Source: an uncultured Erysipelotrichaceae bacterium
GTDB lineage: Bacteria; Bacillota_I; Bacilli_A; Erysipelotrichales; Erysipelotrichaceae
Direction of reading: 5' to 3'
Assembly: GCA_964401865.1 (NCBI GenBank)
Contig: CAYNZZ010000001.1
Span: 90,001 to 122,000, forward strand
Length of the DNA: 32,000 nt
Below the pieces are notes generated by a model. The model searched no databases. It saw only the letters and a list, made by a program, of their open reading frames with translations, and was not told the origin of the DNA. Position numbers and translations under genes: made by a program. Positions within the stretch are counted from its first letter, which is position 1. Every line of letters starts with the position of its first letter. This document shows, one piece after another, positions 31,206 through 32,000 of the stretch.

Positions 31206-32000
31206 ATGGAAGAAATAATTAAAAAAGTAGCAGATGAATTAAATATTAAACCAATTCAAGTTGAGAATACTTTGAATTTATTAGAAGATGGCAATACTGT
31301 TCCTTTTATTGCGAGATATAGAAAAGAGATGACTTTTAATCTTGATGAAGAAGCCATTGCTTATATTCAAAAGGAATATGCTTATCAGGTTAATTTGAAG
31401 AAGAGAAAAGAGGATGTTTTAAGACTTATTGAGACACAAGGCAAATTGACCGATGAAATAATCAGTGCTGTGAGTAGCGCAACAAAACTAAATGAAGTAG
31501 AAGATATCTATCGCCCATATAAACAAAAAAGAAAGACAAGAGCTACTGAGGCAATAAGAAAAGGACTTAAACCATTAAGTGATTATTTGCTTACTATCAG
31601 TAACAACAAAGACATCGAAAAAGAGGCATCAAAGTATTTAAGTGAAGAAGTTACAAGTATTGAAGAAGCAATTAAAGGAGCGCAGGATATAATTGCTGAA
31701 ATGGTTAGCGATGATACTAATAATCGTAAGAAAATAAAGGCTTCAATTGAAGGCTATTCTTATGTCGTGACCAAAGCTAAAAAGAACCATTCTGATGAAA
31801 AAGGGGTTTATGAATTATATTATGATCATAAAGAGAAGATTAAATATATTGAATCACATCGTGTAATGGCGATTGAAAGAGCAGTAAACGAAAAAGTTAT
31901 AACTTTAAGTTTTGAATATGATAAAGAATATCTTATCAATTTTGCCTATAATGCTTTGAGCAGAAAAAGACATTTTGTGGGTGAAGAATTGGTTTTAGAA
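31206..32000 (+). CDS. tex: Tex-like transcription accessory protein (YqgF/S1-domain family), N-terminal 265 codons; 3' end outside the window
   Basis: The frame is open from ATG 31206 to the window end. It is absent from the ORF track because it has no stop in the window. Hallmark sequences are ...NTLNLLEDGNTVPFIARYRKEMT... and EDIYRPYKQKRKTRA. Confidence 0.9.
   Translation, partial: MEEIIKKVADELNIKPIQVENTLNLLEDGNTVPFIARYRKEMTFNLDEEAIAYIQKEYAYQVNLKKRKEDVLRLIETQGKLTDEIISAVSSATKLNEVEDIYRPYKQKRKTRATEAIRKGLKPLSDYLLTISNNKDIEKEASKYLSEEVTSIEEAIKGAQDIIAEMVSDDTNNRKKIKASIEGYSYVVTKAKKNHSDEKGVYELYYDHKEKIKYIESHRVMAIERAVNEKVITLSFEYDKEYLINFAYNALSRKRHFVGEELVLE

Noticed and set aside
1-32000. Alternative genetic code (TGA = Trp, Mollicutes-like) suggested by the very low GC
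   Set aside because: All conserved genes (mfd, metG, pth, the hydrogenases) read full-length under the standard code with no internal TGA, and Trp codons I checked are TGG.
1-32000. CRISPR arrays, tRNA/rRNA genes, transposases, integrases, prophage or IS boundaries
   Set aside because: I saw no regularly spaced repeats, no cloverleaf-like GC-rich segments, no recombinase-like ORFs and no long terminal inverted repeats on either strand. This was by eye, not by tRNAscan or CRISPR tools.

Overview
AT-rich (by eye about 30% GC) chromosomal segment that looks like an anaerobic, low-GC Bacillota-type bacterium. It uses the standard genetic code: conserved genes read through with no in-frame TGA, and Trp is TGG. 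I support about 25 protein-coding genes, 2 of them truncated by the window edges. I found no rRNA, tRNA, CRISPR array, transposase or integrase. Content from left to right: (1) the 3' end of a cation:proton antiporter. (2) A cell-envelope cluster with a polytopic GT-C-like membrane protein divergent from an LtaS-family enzyme, a GtrB/CsbB-like GT2, a small anchored protein, and an unusually large LCP (LytR-CpsA-Psr) protein with extra domains and a 39-bp tandem repeat. (3) A DASS-type transporter and Bcp peroxiredoxin. (4) A four-gene [FeFe]-hydrogenase operon: a putative catalytic hydrogenase, a small 2Fe-2S protein, a HydS-type sensory hydrogenase with Cx2Cx4Cx16C plus PAS, and a PP2C/SpoIIE phosphatase. 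It is followed by a structured 3' region with C-rich, anti-SD-like loops. (5) A DUF1113-like membrane protein. (6) A 550-bp ORF-poor spacer, a Met T-box leader and metG. (7) A lipoprotein / MBOAT / DHHW surface-polymer acylation module. (8) The housekeeping block pth-mfd-S4(YabO/RqcP-like)-divIC. (9) A small membrane protein, YigZ and a MATE exporter. (10) An orphan, very AT-rich HTH-domain gene with repeat-rich upstream DNA. (11) The 5' end of tex. The best candidate for a poorly understood system is the H2-sensor/phosphatase module embedded in the hydrogenase operon; its output partner is not visible. A recurring architectural oddity is that five genes have a TATAAT box 6-8 nt from their ATG and no Shine-Dalgarno, which suggests leaderless mRNAs. 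All functional calls rest on motif recognition by eye. No database search was possible.
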